Shown: positions 25,001-38,455, counted from the first letter of the stretch. The stretch: DNA of 64,000 bases from Lama guanicoe (GCA_013239625.1 MU054323.1:12593694-12657693); one strand, 5' to 3'. Numbers and translations: made by a program. The notes: a model not told the origin generated them from the letters alone.

Positions 25001-25900
25001 CGAACCCAGGACCTTGTGCATGCTAAGCAGGTGCTCTACAACTTGAGCTATACCTTGCCTCCCCTAGTTTTACCCTTTCAAAATAGTAAGTTTCTTGTAG
25101 ACATCATAGAGTTGGATTGTGTGTTTAAATTCAATTTGTCTTTTCATTGGCATACTTAGGCCATTTATATTTAATGTAATTGTTAATATTTTGATTTAGT
25201 TTTCCATGTTTTATTTGTTTCCTCTTTTTTTCTCCTATTTTTGGTTTGATTTTTTTTACACTTATATATTGCTTTTGACTAATTGTATATATTTTTGTAA
25301 TTATTTGAGGGCTTGCAGTATATATACTTTCCTCAGTGTATTTAGAATCAGTATTTTACCACTTTAAGTGAAATGTAGAAACATTACCACCCTATCATAC
25401 CCTTCTGTCTCTTAAATTATACTGGACTTATTTATTACATCTATGTGATGTTGAAGACCATCAGACATTGTAATTTTTGCTTTCAGTTGTCTAATAGTTA
25501 AAACTGGGGTGAAGAATGATCATTTATATTTACCCAGATATTTACCATTTCTGTTGCTCTTCCCTCATTCTTGATAATCGTAGGTTTACTTCTGAAATAA
25601 TTTCCCTTCTCTTTGATGAACTTTTTGTGGTTCTTTTCAAGCAGGTTTGCTGGCAAAATTTCTGTTCATCTGAGAATGTCTTCATTTCACCTTCATTCCT
25701 GACGGATATTTTTGTTGAATATAGAATTTCTTTTTTGAGTACTTTAAAAGTGGTCCAGTTCCTAAAGAACCCCATGGTTTTTAATGATAAATGTGCTTTC
25801 GTTGTAATTATTACTTGTCTGTATGTAACGTATCCTCTCGTTGCTTTCAGGATTTTTCTTTGTTAGTTTTCAGCAGCTTATTGTGTCTGGCTGTGAATTG
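22080..25900 (-). mobile_element. Long decayed L1 (ORF2/ORF1 region) with nested younger L1 tail (22735-22980) and SINE
   Basis: T-rich antisense L1 text. ORF 25542..25775(-) shows L1 ORF1 C-terminus-like words (ILYSTKISVRNEGEMKTFSD). Confidence 0.8.
24925..25064 (-). mobile_element. tRNA-Ala-derived SINE (Vic-1-like)
   Basis: GGAGGTACTGGGGATCGAACCCAGGACCTTGTGCATGCTAAGCAGGTGCTCTAC. TSD TTTTACCCTTT. Confidence 0.88.
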
Positions 25901-25976
25901 TTAACCTACTATTTTTATGGTTTCCCCTGCCCCAAAAGAAAATCTGTACTAATAATGTAAGTCATTAATGTCAATC

Positions 25977-26200
25977 CAGGGTCTGTAAACTATGGCCTGC
26001 CACCTCTGTAGCCTTCAGGCTGTCTCCTGATTTTATAAATAAAATGCTACTGGAACACATCCACACCCATTTATTTACATGCTGCTTTTGCACTACAGTG
26101 GCAGGGTTGAGTAATTGTGAGAAAGACCACGTACATGTCTTGCGAGGCACTGGTGGTATTTACTGTCTGACCTTTACATAAGAAGTTTGTTGATCACTGG
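25977..26200. mobile_element. MER58-like hAT-Charlie relic
   Basis: CAGGGTCTGTAAACTATGGCC...TTTTATAAATAAAATGCTACTGGAACAC...AAGTTTGTTGATCACTG. Confidence 0.65.
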
Positions 26201-27221
26201 TATAGATGGAGGAAGTTTGAGTTTTTCTTCTATTAAATTTTTTGCTTGAATTTATTTTTAAACCATATCCATGTAGGTTTAAAAGTCATTTTACAAGTAT
26301 CTTCTGTATAAAATTCTTAAATAAGGTGCAATAGGGTGATAAAAATTGGTGGTTATAGGGTATGTATAAGAGTTTTCCCCCTCTATTTAAAAACCAAAAA
26401 TGTTTTTTTGAAACTTTTCTTGAAAACTTAACAGTTAAGCAGAGCTTATCTGTCTTTGAGAAGTTTATTTTCAGACATTTTAAACTCATAAGGAAAACAA
26501 AATAAATTTCTGTTAAATAACTGGTTTATGTCAAAATAATATGAAAAATTTTTAAAGGTAGTCTTGGGAGATTTAATTTAAATATAGGTTATAAGTTATT
26601 TATTAATATTATTTACAACATTAGAATTTTTTGACAGTGTTGCGTAGTAATGCTACTAAAACCATAGACAAAGCAGTATGGATAAAAGTATAACTTAAGA
26701 TACAATTTCATACAAGACTTTGAAAAGATGTTTTCTTACTGAGTGACAACCTGGCTCGAACATAGGTTTCTTGGTTTCTTCATCTCTTTTATGAACCATT
26801 ATGTGCTTAAAATTGTTATTCTTAGGACTAAAAATAAATGTTGAATTTACCTCTTATTGTGAAACCTGTGCTTTTTTTCTTTCTTTCCTTTTTTTTTTTC
26901 TTTTTTTGCTGTACAGGTAGTCAATTCTGGGTCAAACTTAAAGCACACGTGGATTCAATTTTTAACCCAAATTAGAGAATTTCTGTCATTGGTCTAATTT
27001 CTTGTTAAGTAAGAAAAGAGTTGCTCAGACATGTAAGAAGATGAAAAGTTCCACAAAATATTCTTTATTCAATGCAGGATATTGCTTCTTCACAGAAATC
27101 TAGGACTTGTTTAGGGGCAGGTGTAAATTGAATCTTGAGCATACTATCAGACTACATTAATAAAAGTACTTTCTCTCAAAATGAAGTTCTCAGGCTGAGC
27201 AGAAGATACAGAGAAAGAGCC

Positions 27222-27335
27222 TGTAGTGGGTTGCATAATCCTCTCTCAAAATTCATGTCCACATGGAACCTCAGAATATGACCTTACTTAGAAATAGGGT
27301 CTTTGCAGATGTAATTAGTTAAGATGAGGTCATAT
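27222..27335 (+). mobile_element. MaLR (MLT1-type) LTR fragment
   Basis: AACCTCAGAATATGACCTTACTTAGAAATAGGGTCTTTGCAGATGTAATTAGTTAAGATGAGGTCAT. Confidence 0.75.
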
Positions 27336-29442
27336 AAACTCAAAGAGCCTTTGGGGTGATATGGCTGATAATCAGTTTACTGTCTTCCCTCTGTGCAGTA
27401 CAGCAGTCACCAGTTAAGAACGGTCTTCTGTAAAAACCGTGAATGGACTCATCTGAGTAAACGTGGGCCTGTTAACACGCTGCTCTATGGGCCTGAAAGA
27501 CCTCTGAAGAAATTGCCAGTAGGGCTGCTTGGTCACTGTGCATTACTTTGAGTGCTAGTAGAGCATAGTGTAAGAAGTTAAAAAACAGTGTTGACTTTTT
27601 TTCAATCATGATCTATTGAGGAATCTCTAGTGACTACATATATGGAATTCTAAGGTTGCATGGAAACCCAGTTGAAAACCCTGGTGTAGAGTCTCACATT
27701 TTATACCTCTCTGGGGAAGTTTTAACAAAATAATGATTTTTATAGTTCATTACCCAATTACATGCCCCTAAAATAATAAAACAGAATTCGTAGTTTTAAA
27801 ATTTTTCGTAGTTACTTGTAGGGGCAGAGCACATATGGGAAATCTCTGTGCCTTCTGCTCAGTTTTGCTGTGAACCTGAAACTGCTGTTAAAAAAGAATA
27901 GTCTATTTAAAAAAATTATAGTTAATGAATTTTGAAACTATCTTTACAATTTCTTACACAATTTTACTCTGAGTTCCTGTAATTTGTATGGTTTGTTGTG
28001 GTTTTACCTAGAGATCAGAAGTGCTAGGTAAATACTCTGATTTTATTGTATTTTCCTATATGCTAACATATATTTCAAACCTTCAGATCTGAGAATGAAC
28101 TATAGAAATTCCACGAATTATTCTTTGTTTTATGTAGATAATGAATTAATTCTTAATCAATTTTGTAATGCCTCCAAGAGCTTGAGAGAACTATAATTAT
28201 CTGGGTTAAGAAAGCCACCCCCAGTGTTTATTGATTATAACATGTTTTATAGTTGTCCTAGAGATCGGTGAGTTTCTCTTCCTTTCTACTTTTGTATCAT
28301 TAGGTAATAACAGTACTAATATCAGGAGTGTTCTTTAGAGTTGAGATTGGAGTTTAGAATAAGCTGTACTGGCAGCAGGATTGCTTGCCCACAGAGAAGT
28401 ATCTTCTCTAGTGCAATAGAATTTCACAGTTGCTCATTCTTTGAAGTCTTTTTACAGAGACACTATATTCGTGGCAGAACACTTAACATTAGTCTCCTTA
28501 TAAATCTCCTTATGAATTTAAATGTAAAAATTGATGTTACCTTTTCCAAACTATTTTTTGGTATTATATTTAAGGCTTCTATCTTTTACTACGTTTTATA
28601 AGACTTCTTGAAATTCTACACTAACTTATCCTGAGAAATTTTATAGTTAGTGTATTCACTGGTTTTCCATTAAAAAATACTCTTCTTATATCGATTCAAC
28701 AGAAACTTCAGGGAACATTGATCTTCATAGTTGACTGTGTTTTTTAAGTGGTGTTTAACTAGAGACTTTACTAGTTCTCTTTCTCTTAACTTAGGTTATA
28801 AACATTTTCCATAGTTTTATCTCAGATACAAAAAGCCCTAAATAAATTTTTGAGGTAATTACCTTGAAACTATCCACACTGACTTTATGCTTAATGATTT
28901 TTGCAAAAAAAAAAAGACATAAATAAAATATAGAATATCCTATTTATTTATTTATTTAATTGAAATATAGTTGATTTCCAAAGTTGTATAGTATTGAATA
29001 TTGAAAAATTTTTTCCACTATATTTTAAAACAGTGTAGTGCAAAGAACTTCCCTATAACCTTTACCCAGTTACACTTACTTTATTTGTAAATATTTTACC
29101 ACATTTGCTAATCGTTTCCCCACGTATACATACATATTACTTTTGCTCTATCGTGAGTAGGTTTAATATATCATGCCCCTTTACCCTTCACTACTTCTGT
29201 GTTTATTTCTAAAAACAATCATAATCTCTTTTATAACAGCAATTTAGTTTTCAAGTTCTGTTAATTTCATATTGTTATGGTAATCTACAGTACATACTCT
29301 GATTTAACCAGTTCTAATAATGTCCTTTAGAGCATTTTTCCAGTCGAAGATTATATATTATATTTAGTTGCCATATAAACATTATTTTAAATGGACTATT
29401 GGTTTTAAAATCTTAAGTATTGAATTTTTGTTCTTTTAACAG

Positions 29443-29624
29443 CTAAACCAGGTGGACAGGTGAAATGTCAGTATATTTCTGCCGTGGATAAAGTTATATT
29501 TGTGGATGATTATGCAGTAGGGTGTAGGAAGGACCTTAATGGAATCTTGTTGTTAGACACTGCTCTGCAAACTCCAGTTTCAAAGCAGGATGATGTGGTT
29601 CAGCTTGAATTACCTGTTACCGAG
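29443..29624 (+). CDS. BIRC6: BIRC6 exon 2 (AKPGGQVKCQYISAVDK...LELPVTE)
   Basis: Acceptor ttcttttaacag|CT, donor GAG|gtaagt. 182 nt, continues the exon 1 frame. Confidence 0.96.
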
Positions 29625-30907
29625 GTAAGTTGAAATCGGTATCAATATGCTTTTCTACTTAATGTCTCAGACCTATTAGCTGTTAAATGAAATTAGGATG
29701 TCTTTTGAAGATATTATATATGTACCCCTATAAAAAACAAAGAATTGACTCATTGATCACAACTTTCTTGAAATACTTGTCTTTTCTCTGCATAATTAAT
29801 TGATACTTGTTAAAATGATATGCGTGAACTGTACAGGATAAACCACTGTAACAGAGACCCTAAAATACAATGGCTTAAACAAGATAGTTTCTTTCCAGTA
29901 ACAATGCAGGGCTAAGTGTAGGGACAGCTTACTTACCTAAACACTTAGCTTCCATCTCATGAGTCCAAGACAGCTGCTTCAAGTTTCATTATTTCCCAGT
30001 CTTAGGGAAAGAAGGGGAGGGCAAAAGGCCAGGGAAGCACACTGGCATTTCCCACTCTGCTTCCTGTCCTTTCCCTTCACCTCCCTCCCTCATCCCCTTC
30101 CTCCCTTTCCCCTAGCCCCCTCATTTTTCTTGTTCTCTTTTATAAACTATCTCACATATATCCTTTTCATATTCACCCCATTAGCCAGAGTTTACTCACA
30201 AGGCCACATTAAGCTGAGGTGGTTCTTTCTTCTTTAATATTAAAAAAAAAGGAATAAATATTTATGGACAACCAGTAATCTTTGCTGTGTATCATGTTTC
30301 TTAACAATTTTAGTTTAAAATTTCAGCCATGTGTATTTTCTTGTGTTACATATGCATTACTTAATTTTTAAGTCTATCCTAACTTAAATCCTTTGGTATG
30401 TGTTGATGGTCATATCATGTGATTTGAAAGTACAGTTTTCAGATTTATCAAGATTTTAAATCATCTCAGAATATTAAAGATTATAATGCTATACTTCCTA
30501 ATAAAGTGAGATAATTATTTCTGTCTTCATACCAAGTTGTTGATTATTAATTGTTTTGCATTTGGTGGATTGATATGATTAGTTAATAAAATCTGTATAT
30601 TATATTTCCCATTTTTTAGTACATGAAAAGTATTCATGTGTGAATTTTAAGTACAGTATAAATGATTTCATTCCTTCTTTGGAAGGCTTTTTGTAAAAAA
30701 ACCCCAAAAATCCAACATATATATACTTAGATTTCATGTTTAGTGTCATAACACTAAAGTCATCTAGTCATCTAGATTAATTAAGTTTGTTTTACAAAAA
30801 GTAGGCAAGCTTTAGTATAGTACCTGTCAGAATGAAAATATTTGTATAAGGATCTGAATTTAACATTTTCTGTTGTGTTTAATTTTTTGTGATCATCTTT
30901 TATTTAG

Positions 30908-31045
30908 GCACAACAGCTCTTATCAGCATGTTTAGAAAAGGTAGATATTTCTAGCACCGAGGGTTATGATTTGTTCATCACACAGCTCAAAGATGGTTTG
31001 AAAAATACATCTCATGAGACTGCAGCAAACCACAAAGTTGCTAAG
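30908..31045 (+). CDS. BIRC6: BIRC6 exon 3 (AQQLLSACLEK...NHKVAK)
   Basis: Acceptor tttatttag|GCA, donor AAG|gtaaga. 138 nt, phase 0-0. Confidence 0.96.
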
Positions 31046-31376
31046 GTAAGAAGGTAAAAAAATTACCTTGTTTGAGGTTATAATAAGAGAGAACACCTCT
31101 ATACTTTCACCCTTCTCTGTCCTCCCCACACTGATGACTAGGATGTCTATGGGAGATGGTACTTTGAATTAAATCCTCAGGTATATTTCATTAATTCTGC
31201 GTTTTTTCTTTTAAGATCTTTTCTAAGTTATAAATGTAGTACATATAAAATTTTTATGCCAAAGGGTATAAGGTAGAAAGTAAAAGCTGTTTTTCTAAGA
31301 ATAACTTCTATGTTTATAAATGTCCTCTTCTCAGTTCTTCTACAGTTGAAATTATGCTATGTACTGTGATATTAAT

Positions 31377-31653
31377 GTCTTAGTCTGCTTGGGTTGCTAT
31401 AACAGAATACCACTGACTGAGTGGTATTCTTTTGGTAAGTCCTTCTTCTTGGGTCATAGCTGGCACCTTCTTGCTGTGCTTTTTACGTGGTGGAAAAGGC
31501 CAGGGATCCCTCTGGAGCCTTTTGTAAAGCAGGCTCCACCTTAATGACTTAAGTATCTTCCAAAGGCCCTACCTACTAATACTATCCCCTTTTGGGGTTA
31601 GGATTTCAAAGATGAATTTTGGGGTGGGGGACACAAACATTCAGGCTATACCA
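31377..31653 (-). mobile_element. MaLR (MLT1A-like) solo LTR
   Basis: TGTCTTAGTCTGCTTGGGTTGCTATAACAGAATACCA...GGGGACACAAACATTCAGGCTATACCA. Confidence 0.72.
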
Positions 31654-31794
31654 TATACTTTTTTTTTTTCATTCAAGAATGTATCTTGAGTATCTTTTCA
31701 TATCAATCCTCATAGATTATCTGTATTCTTCCTAATATTTATATTGAAGTTTATTTTATAGATTTACCATGATTTTATTCCATTGATGGGACAT

Positions 31795-34700
31795 TTTATT
31801 TAGTAAAACAGAAGCCATACTATGCAGTACAACAGAGAGAATTTATTGTAAGGAATTGATTTAACATGTGTGTAAGAACTGGAAAAGTGAAAAGAAAACC
31901 CTGAGGTAATACACAGATGATAATTATGGGAAGCACCCTTACCTAGGTCTGAAGGAACAAGAGGTTAGGATTTTCAGAACTTAGATACTTAGAAACTTAC
32001 AGAATATGCCCTGTGGGTCTGGGACTCAGACTTCTGAGGAGCTGTTGCCCATAGGTACCTGAGGAGCTTGGAGATTGAAACTTGTGGAACTGAGACTCAG
32101 ATCTCTGAAGAGAGGTGCTGCTTTGCTGATGTTAATGCCTCTGAGGGAGCTTTTAAGACTGGTTCTAGGAATGCTAAAACAAAAACAAAAACAAAAAAAT
32201 CTCTGAAGACAGGAAGAATCAACTGCTACCACCAGGTCCTTTGCTAAAACAATGTTAACAGCATTGACAAGTAATAAAGGAGTAAGTCTTTCTCCTCTCA
32301 TCGTGCATTCCAGTTTTCATCCTGTGTTCCTTTTGTCAGAACTTAACAGTCTGGAAACTGGTTGGCAAACTGGTTTACAGAATCCCAACCCCAGCATGAC
32401 AGGGAACAGAAATAAAGGGTAGGTTTGGACCTGAGAGACAGTGGTTTAGTAACTGTCACAGTCTACTCCTTCGGCTACTCAGCATCTCCATATATACTGT
32501 CTATATGTGTTTGAACTTTCGTACAGCAAAAGTATTATGTTTTTGCTTAACAAGAGGCACCATTCCTTTTTACAAAATGAAGATTCTCTCTCCCCATCCC
32601 AAGAACAGACAGACTCTAAGTTCCAACAGATACTTTATTTAAGCCTAGGTGATATTAACTACTCCTAACATTTAATTATAGTCTCAGATGTTTAGTAACA
32701 GAACTGTGCTAACTAAAGACTAAATTAACTAGAAACAAAAATTCTTACGTAAAATAATAAGTCTGTCTCTGTGTATGTATCTAAATCTATATCCATCTAT
32801 CATTTATATAATAAAGAAAGAAACTCTGTGTAGCTGTATATCCCTTAGTTCTGGTCAAGAGGATATACTTGATATTTAGTGCCTCCCTATTCTCTCTACC
32901 TATTCTATATTTCCTTTGTCCTCAGCCAGCACTGTAACTAATCAAGTGTCTTTATGTGATGGAGTGACCCAAGTCTTTACTCTTGTAGGATCCACATCCT
33001 CTGTGGTGCTGTGTTAAGTTGTTGTAATTGTCCTTTCACTCTTACTACTGGACGTGGAAGGACTTAGAGGCACCCTAGAGATTCTCCTGGATTGTAATTA
33101 AGTTCTCCTTGCTTCTGTTATTTAGCATCAGTCTGATTCCCCCATGTGTTTGTCATTTTAAATCATACCAGCCAATAGAATAACCACCTTTGCTTGGTGA
33201 GTCAGTGACAAGAGGAAACCCAAATTGCTGAGTAGTAGTATCAACACCTAATTCAATGGAATCGTTGTTGTACCCTTGGTGGAACATTCCTTCCTTGATG
33301 TAAGACCTCTAGAGCCTAAAGCTTAGGAGAAAAAATACCTGTGAATGGATTACTAAGTGTAATAGTGACCTTGCTAGGAGAAACTGTATCACGTACTTTT
33401 TGTTGATTCAAAGCATATATATATAAAATCCTGTAAGGTAGAACTCCCACCTTTCAGGCATCTCTCCCAATTAGTACTGAAAATGAATCTTTTTTGTCAG
33501 CTCAGCTCCTTCAGTATGATACCACAGTAAGAACAGTCAGTTTCATGGACAAGAGCCCATTGTTGCTTCCACCCTTTTTTTTCCCTGAAGTGCTTTCTTG
33601 GTCAGAAGCAAAAAGCATAGTTGTGTGGAATACCTTGTTGGTACATAAGCCATTCTATTAGTCCACAGGTATTGTAATATTATGGCAGAAACATTGTGGG
33701 CGGAACAGATAAATGTACCTCTGAAGTACGTTATCTATTACAGTGAAAACAAATTGCCACCCAATCCATGACTGAAGGAATCCAATATAATCAACCTGCA
33801 ATCAGATAGCTGGCTGCTTCTTCTGGAAAATGGTGTCATATTGATGGCTCACCTTTGGTACCTGCCATTGGCAGATTAACCTGTTGTTAGCCTGCTTAGT
33901 CTTAGTGAAAGGAAGTTCATGTTGGGCCTATACATACTCTCTATCTCTGGCCGTGGCATTTTGAGGACAGGTTCATCGAGTAAGGACTGCAGTGGCTATG
34001 GAGCAAGGGTGAGTGACATTCATATAATGTGTATAAGTTGTCCATGTTGTCCATTTCCTCTGGGATGGAAGTTTTTTTTTTTTTTTTAAACGGAAGTACT
34101 GGGTATTGAACCCAGGACCTTGTGCATGCTAAGCATGCACTCTATCACTGAGCTATACCCATTGCCCCCTGGAATGGATGCCTTTTGATAAGCATTCACG
34201 TATTTCACAAATATTTTTACACTCTGTGTTTATTTTGATAGGTCTGTCCATAGACTTCTACCCTTGACTTCCTTGTTAACAGTCTTCCAAATGCCTGACC
34301 ATTCAGCCAAAACATTAGCTACTGGCCATTAATCAGTGAAGACCTTTACTTCTGGCCAGCTCTCAATCCAAAGAAAACAGCCAGATGTACTGGTTGAAGT
34401 CCTGCCCACTGAGAAGATTCACCTTCACCACTGTCCTGACGGGACTGTGATGCTATAGCCATCAACTTTGCCATGGTATCAACATAGTGTGCAGAACCAT
34501 CTGTATGTGAGAGCCAAAGGTTTTCTTCCTCAGTTATCTCATCATAAATTCCCTGTGAAGCCAACAATGTAGAATGAGAAAAGAGACATTATAAGAGTAG
34601 ATATTGTAAGAGTGGAAATCTGAGCTAACTTGCTATTCAGATGGTTCAAAATTGAATTGCCTTTTGGATTTTCTCAAGACTGATCTCTTAAAAGTCACTT

Positions 34701-36350
34701 GATGAAGGATAACCCTCATGCCCAATATTATGATTTGGTGTGTTAGATAACACGTAGTTTGTGGTGGACAGTTCTGATTATGTAGACATTTATCTCATGG
34801 ATAAGTTATTTCTGTCAGGGACTACTGAGAAGCCAGGTGTTGTCACTCAAAAGAAGAACAGTTATAGTTACAGCATCTTTACTTATGGCAGATACTTACA
34901 GTGTCACTGAGTATGCTCATCAAGTACAAGTGGGAGAGCGTATTGTCGTTCAGTCTGGTTGTGCTACAGAGCTTGTTGTTCTGTGCCTTATGTATTATTT
35001 GATAATTGAGTTAGAGCAGCATACTCAAGTATGCTGGACACCAGGTCCAAAATCTACTTAATCCCACCAAGCATTGTGCCTCTTTTTCATTGTTTGCTTT
35101 TACAAGTTGTAGCAACTTGTCTTTTACCTTGGAGGAAATATCTTGATGTGCCCAGACTACTGGGCCTCCAGAAATTTCCCAGAGGTTGCAGGACCCTGAG
35201 TTTTTCTCGGGATTATTTTCTCTGGCTTGCATGTTTCTTACTAATGCGTTTAAGTTTCTTGCTACTTCCCCCTTATCTGAACTAGTTAGTATGATGTTGC
35301 CTACATAGTATACCAAGGTGATGATCTGCAGAGTATTAGGTTGATCAGAATTTCTATAGACCGTGTTACGGTAAAAAGCATCAGATACAGTCCTTGGGTA
35401 GGACTGAGCAGATTTATTGTTTTTTCCAGATAAAAGCAGTCTGCTTTTGGATGGTCCTAAAAATTAGTATAGAAAATAGTATTTGACAGAATTGTAACTG
35501 CCTACCAAATATTAAGGGATTTGTTGATTTGCTTCAGTAAAAATACTTCATCTGGAAAAGCAGCCGCAGTTGAAATCACCTGATTTTACAGTGCACAGTC
35601 ATTCTCCTAGACCCATTTATGTTTTGCATGGGCCAAATAGGCCAGTTAAATGGAGGTGAGATAGTTTGATTATCACAGTATCTTTCAGGTCTAGTATAGT
35701 GACATTGATCTCAGAAATTTCCTTAGGATCTGGTATTGCTTTCATTTAGTAGCTTTGTAGAAAATAAAACTTCTAGGGGCTTCCACTTGGCCTTTCTTAC
35801 TTTAATAGTCCTCAGAGAGGATTAGAGAAACAGCATAGGAATTTTTCCTACATTGCCTATTCTGTTTCTCTTCTAGTTGTACATTTGGAAACTTGAGAAA
35901 TAACTACAAGATAGATCTGGAGATCCACAGAGTTCACTGTGACAACTTTGGGCCAAAATTCCATTAATTGTTTCACCATCACAAGTCCCCACTTTAACTA
36001 GTGGACCACAGTGATGTTTTAGTTCAGTTCAATGCTATTATCTTGTAATGCCTGAGATATCACAATATTTTCTATTTCCCTGCACAGTGACTATAGTGAA
36101 TGTCCACAGGTGCCTTTGAGGAAGGTTTGGAGTGTGATTTATAGTGTATAGTTGAGGAATTGTAGGATCCTTTTTCAGGAGGATTTAGCCTTCCTTTCAA
36201 CCAAGAGTCTCTGCATCTATGAACAGGTTAGATCTAGGAACAAAGTAAGGTCAGTCTGTCTCTGTCTCTGTCTCATGTAATTGAAGTCATGTTTCTGGCC
36301 ACAAGTATTTCCATTAATATAGATAAGTAGTAATTTAGTAGGCTGCCTGG
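31795..36350 (-). mobile_element. Decayed ERV-L provirus: 3' LTR (about 31795-32460, LTR33/41/52-like) plus pol remnants
   Basis: Minus-strand RT-like YYVGNIILT...EVARNLNALVRNMQAR (35011-35316), RNase H-like TDGSA...SGEGESSQWAGL (34346-34567) and integrase-like LQVDYIG (33781-33801). A purine tract GAAGGAGTAGAC directly precedes the LTR start TGTGAC at 32460. Confidence 0.85.
34072..34169 (-). mobile_element. tRNA-Ala-derived SINE inserted in the ERV-L
   Basis: GTATTGAACCCAGGACCTTGTGCATGCTAAGCATGCACTCTATCACTGAGCTATACCC with a poly-T tail. Confidence 0.88.
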
Positions 36351-37149
36351 AGTGTATTAGGAAGAATGGAAACCATTCATAGGCTAGCAGGGACAGGATA
36401 CAAAGATGAAATTACTCTATAGACTTATTTCTCTTGGAGAATAATAATTAGCATTTTTTTTTGCAGCCTGACTTTTTAAGTAATTATTTTAATACTGAAT
36501 AATTGTGATTAACTTTTATTGAATGCTTACTCTCTCGGGCACTATACCAGGCCTTACTTGAATTTTCATAAGAACATTATGTGAATGTAGAAGCAGGAAA
36601 CTGAAGTTAATCTGACCAGGATCACATGGTTAATGGTGAAGCTGGGCTTGGAATCCAAGTCTGTGTGACTACAAGATCTATGCTTTTAGATATTTTTGCT
36701 AGATATCATGGTGACAACAACAAATACATAGGAAACTGCTAATCCAAAGTAAATCCTCATGCAACCCAGTAGTGATGAATTATACAACTATATTTTTAAT
36801 GAATTGGGATATTTGAGTGCCTAGTTTATGCTTAACATTGTGTTATGAGCTGGAGGAATATGAAAAGTGACAGATAATTTTAGTGATCCTTAATTGTGGA
36901 TAAGATATGTAAAAAGACGTGCTACCATCCGGTTCTAAACTTTCTTTTCAGGATGATTAGTTGAGGTTTCATTTTCTACATTATTGCAGATTTCTGCTTT
37001 AAATGATAAATTAATGAAAAAATGATAAATTAATGAAGTAAACCGACTTGAAACTGTAAATAATTCTTTTTCTTACAATGTTTAAGTTACGGTTTTGGTG
37101 AAAAATGTTGAGTATGTTTTCCTTTGCTTACACTCCCATTTTCTTTCAG

Positions 37150-37343
37150 TGGGCCACAGTTACATTTCATCTTCCTCATCATGTTTTGAAGTCCATTGCC
37201 AGTGCTATTGTGAATGAACTTAAGAAAATAAATCAAAATGTTGCTGCCTTACCTGTGGCGTCCTCAGTGATGGACAGATTGTCTTACCTTTTACCTAGTG
37301 CACGTCCAGAACTTGGGGTGGGGCCAGGCCGTTCTGTGGACAG
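37150..37343 (+). CDS. BIRC6: BIRC6 exon 4 (WATVTFHLPHH...GPGRSVDR)
   Basis: Acceptor ttctttcag|TGG, donor AG|gtatga. 194 nt, inside ORF 37105..37377. Confidence 0.96.
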
Positions 37344-37674
37344 GTATGACCTTACTTATAAACTGATGCAACAGTGAGATTGAACTGATTAGTATTTTGG
37401 ATTAACAAAGAATAACTGTAAAATTTGGTTGTGATTTAAAAAAAATTCAGAATAGTTTTGAAAAACCACTCAGATTCTTATTTCTATCAGAATACCAAAG
37501 TGAAGTAAATACTTCTTGAATTGCTATTGTTAAACAGTTTCTTTTGGTGCCTGGAAAGTATTTAAAGGAATTATAAAACTTGATTTAAAAATTCCGCCTT
37601 TGTTCCTGCTTAGTAAGTATCACAGTCAACTTACAAGTACTATGATGATTCAGTATAAGAATTATTTTGCCTTG

Positions 37675-37723
37675 GAAACTGACACAACATTGTAAACTGA
37701 CTATACTTCAATTAAAAAAAAAT
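37675..37723 (+). mobile_element. 49-bp L1 3' tip with perfect 14-bp TSD
   Basis: GAAACTGACACAACATTGTAAACTGACTATACTTCAATTAAAAAAAAAT between two copies of ATTATTTTGCCTTG (37661-37674 and 37724-37737). Confidence 0.9.
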
Positions 37724-38317
37724 ATTATTTTGCCTTGATGAAATTTTTTGATCTTCAGCATAAATTTTGGTAAATTAAGACTGTGTCAGAATCTGAACAT
37801 AAGAGCCATATAATATTTCCTACTTAAAAAAATGAAAAGCATTAAACAATTAGAGCAATTTTGAATTAATATTTTTATGCTGCCTGCTCTGGATTTAAAC
37901 AGTGTGTTACGAAAATCATACCTCAACCATCATTTTCTTCAGTAGCGATTTATCGAGGTTCTGCTTTGTATAAAACTAACTAAAAAGTCAGTAATACATT
38001 CATTTAAAAACTTAAATGATTTTACTTGAAATAATACTTACCAAATTTTTATTAAAAGTGCTGAAGTTCTGTTTTGATAAGTTCACATTTGCCTTCCCAT
38101 GTAGCATTTTACATTTTCACATTTTCATTGGATGCGAATTGTAACTTACAATAAACGTTTCTTGTCCGTGAGCCGTGCCCATCTTGAGATTATAATTTCA
38201 GAGCTGTTTTCTTTGCAATCAGTAGGAGAGTTTCTGAAGAAATCAGTGCAAGCTGTGATGGAAATTCATTCATTAGATAGGATTTTTAATGTTTCTGTAG
38301 GTGTTAAAATGTTAATT

Positions 38318-38455
38318 AAAATTTTTTATTTATTTATTTTTAGGGGCAGAGGTAATTAGGTTTATTTACTTTTGGAGGAGGTACTGGGGATTGAACCCAT
38401 GACCTCATGCATGCTAAACATGCATTCTACCACTTAAGCTATACCTTCCACCCTC
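38318..38455 (-). mobile_element. tRNA-Ala-derived SINE (Vic-1-like)
   Basis: Same family core. TSD AAAATGTTAATT at 38306 and 38456. Confidence 0.88.
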
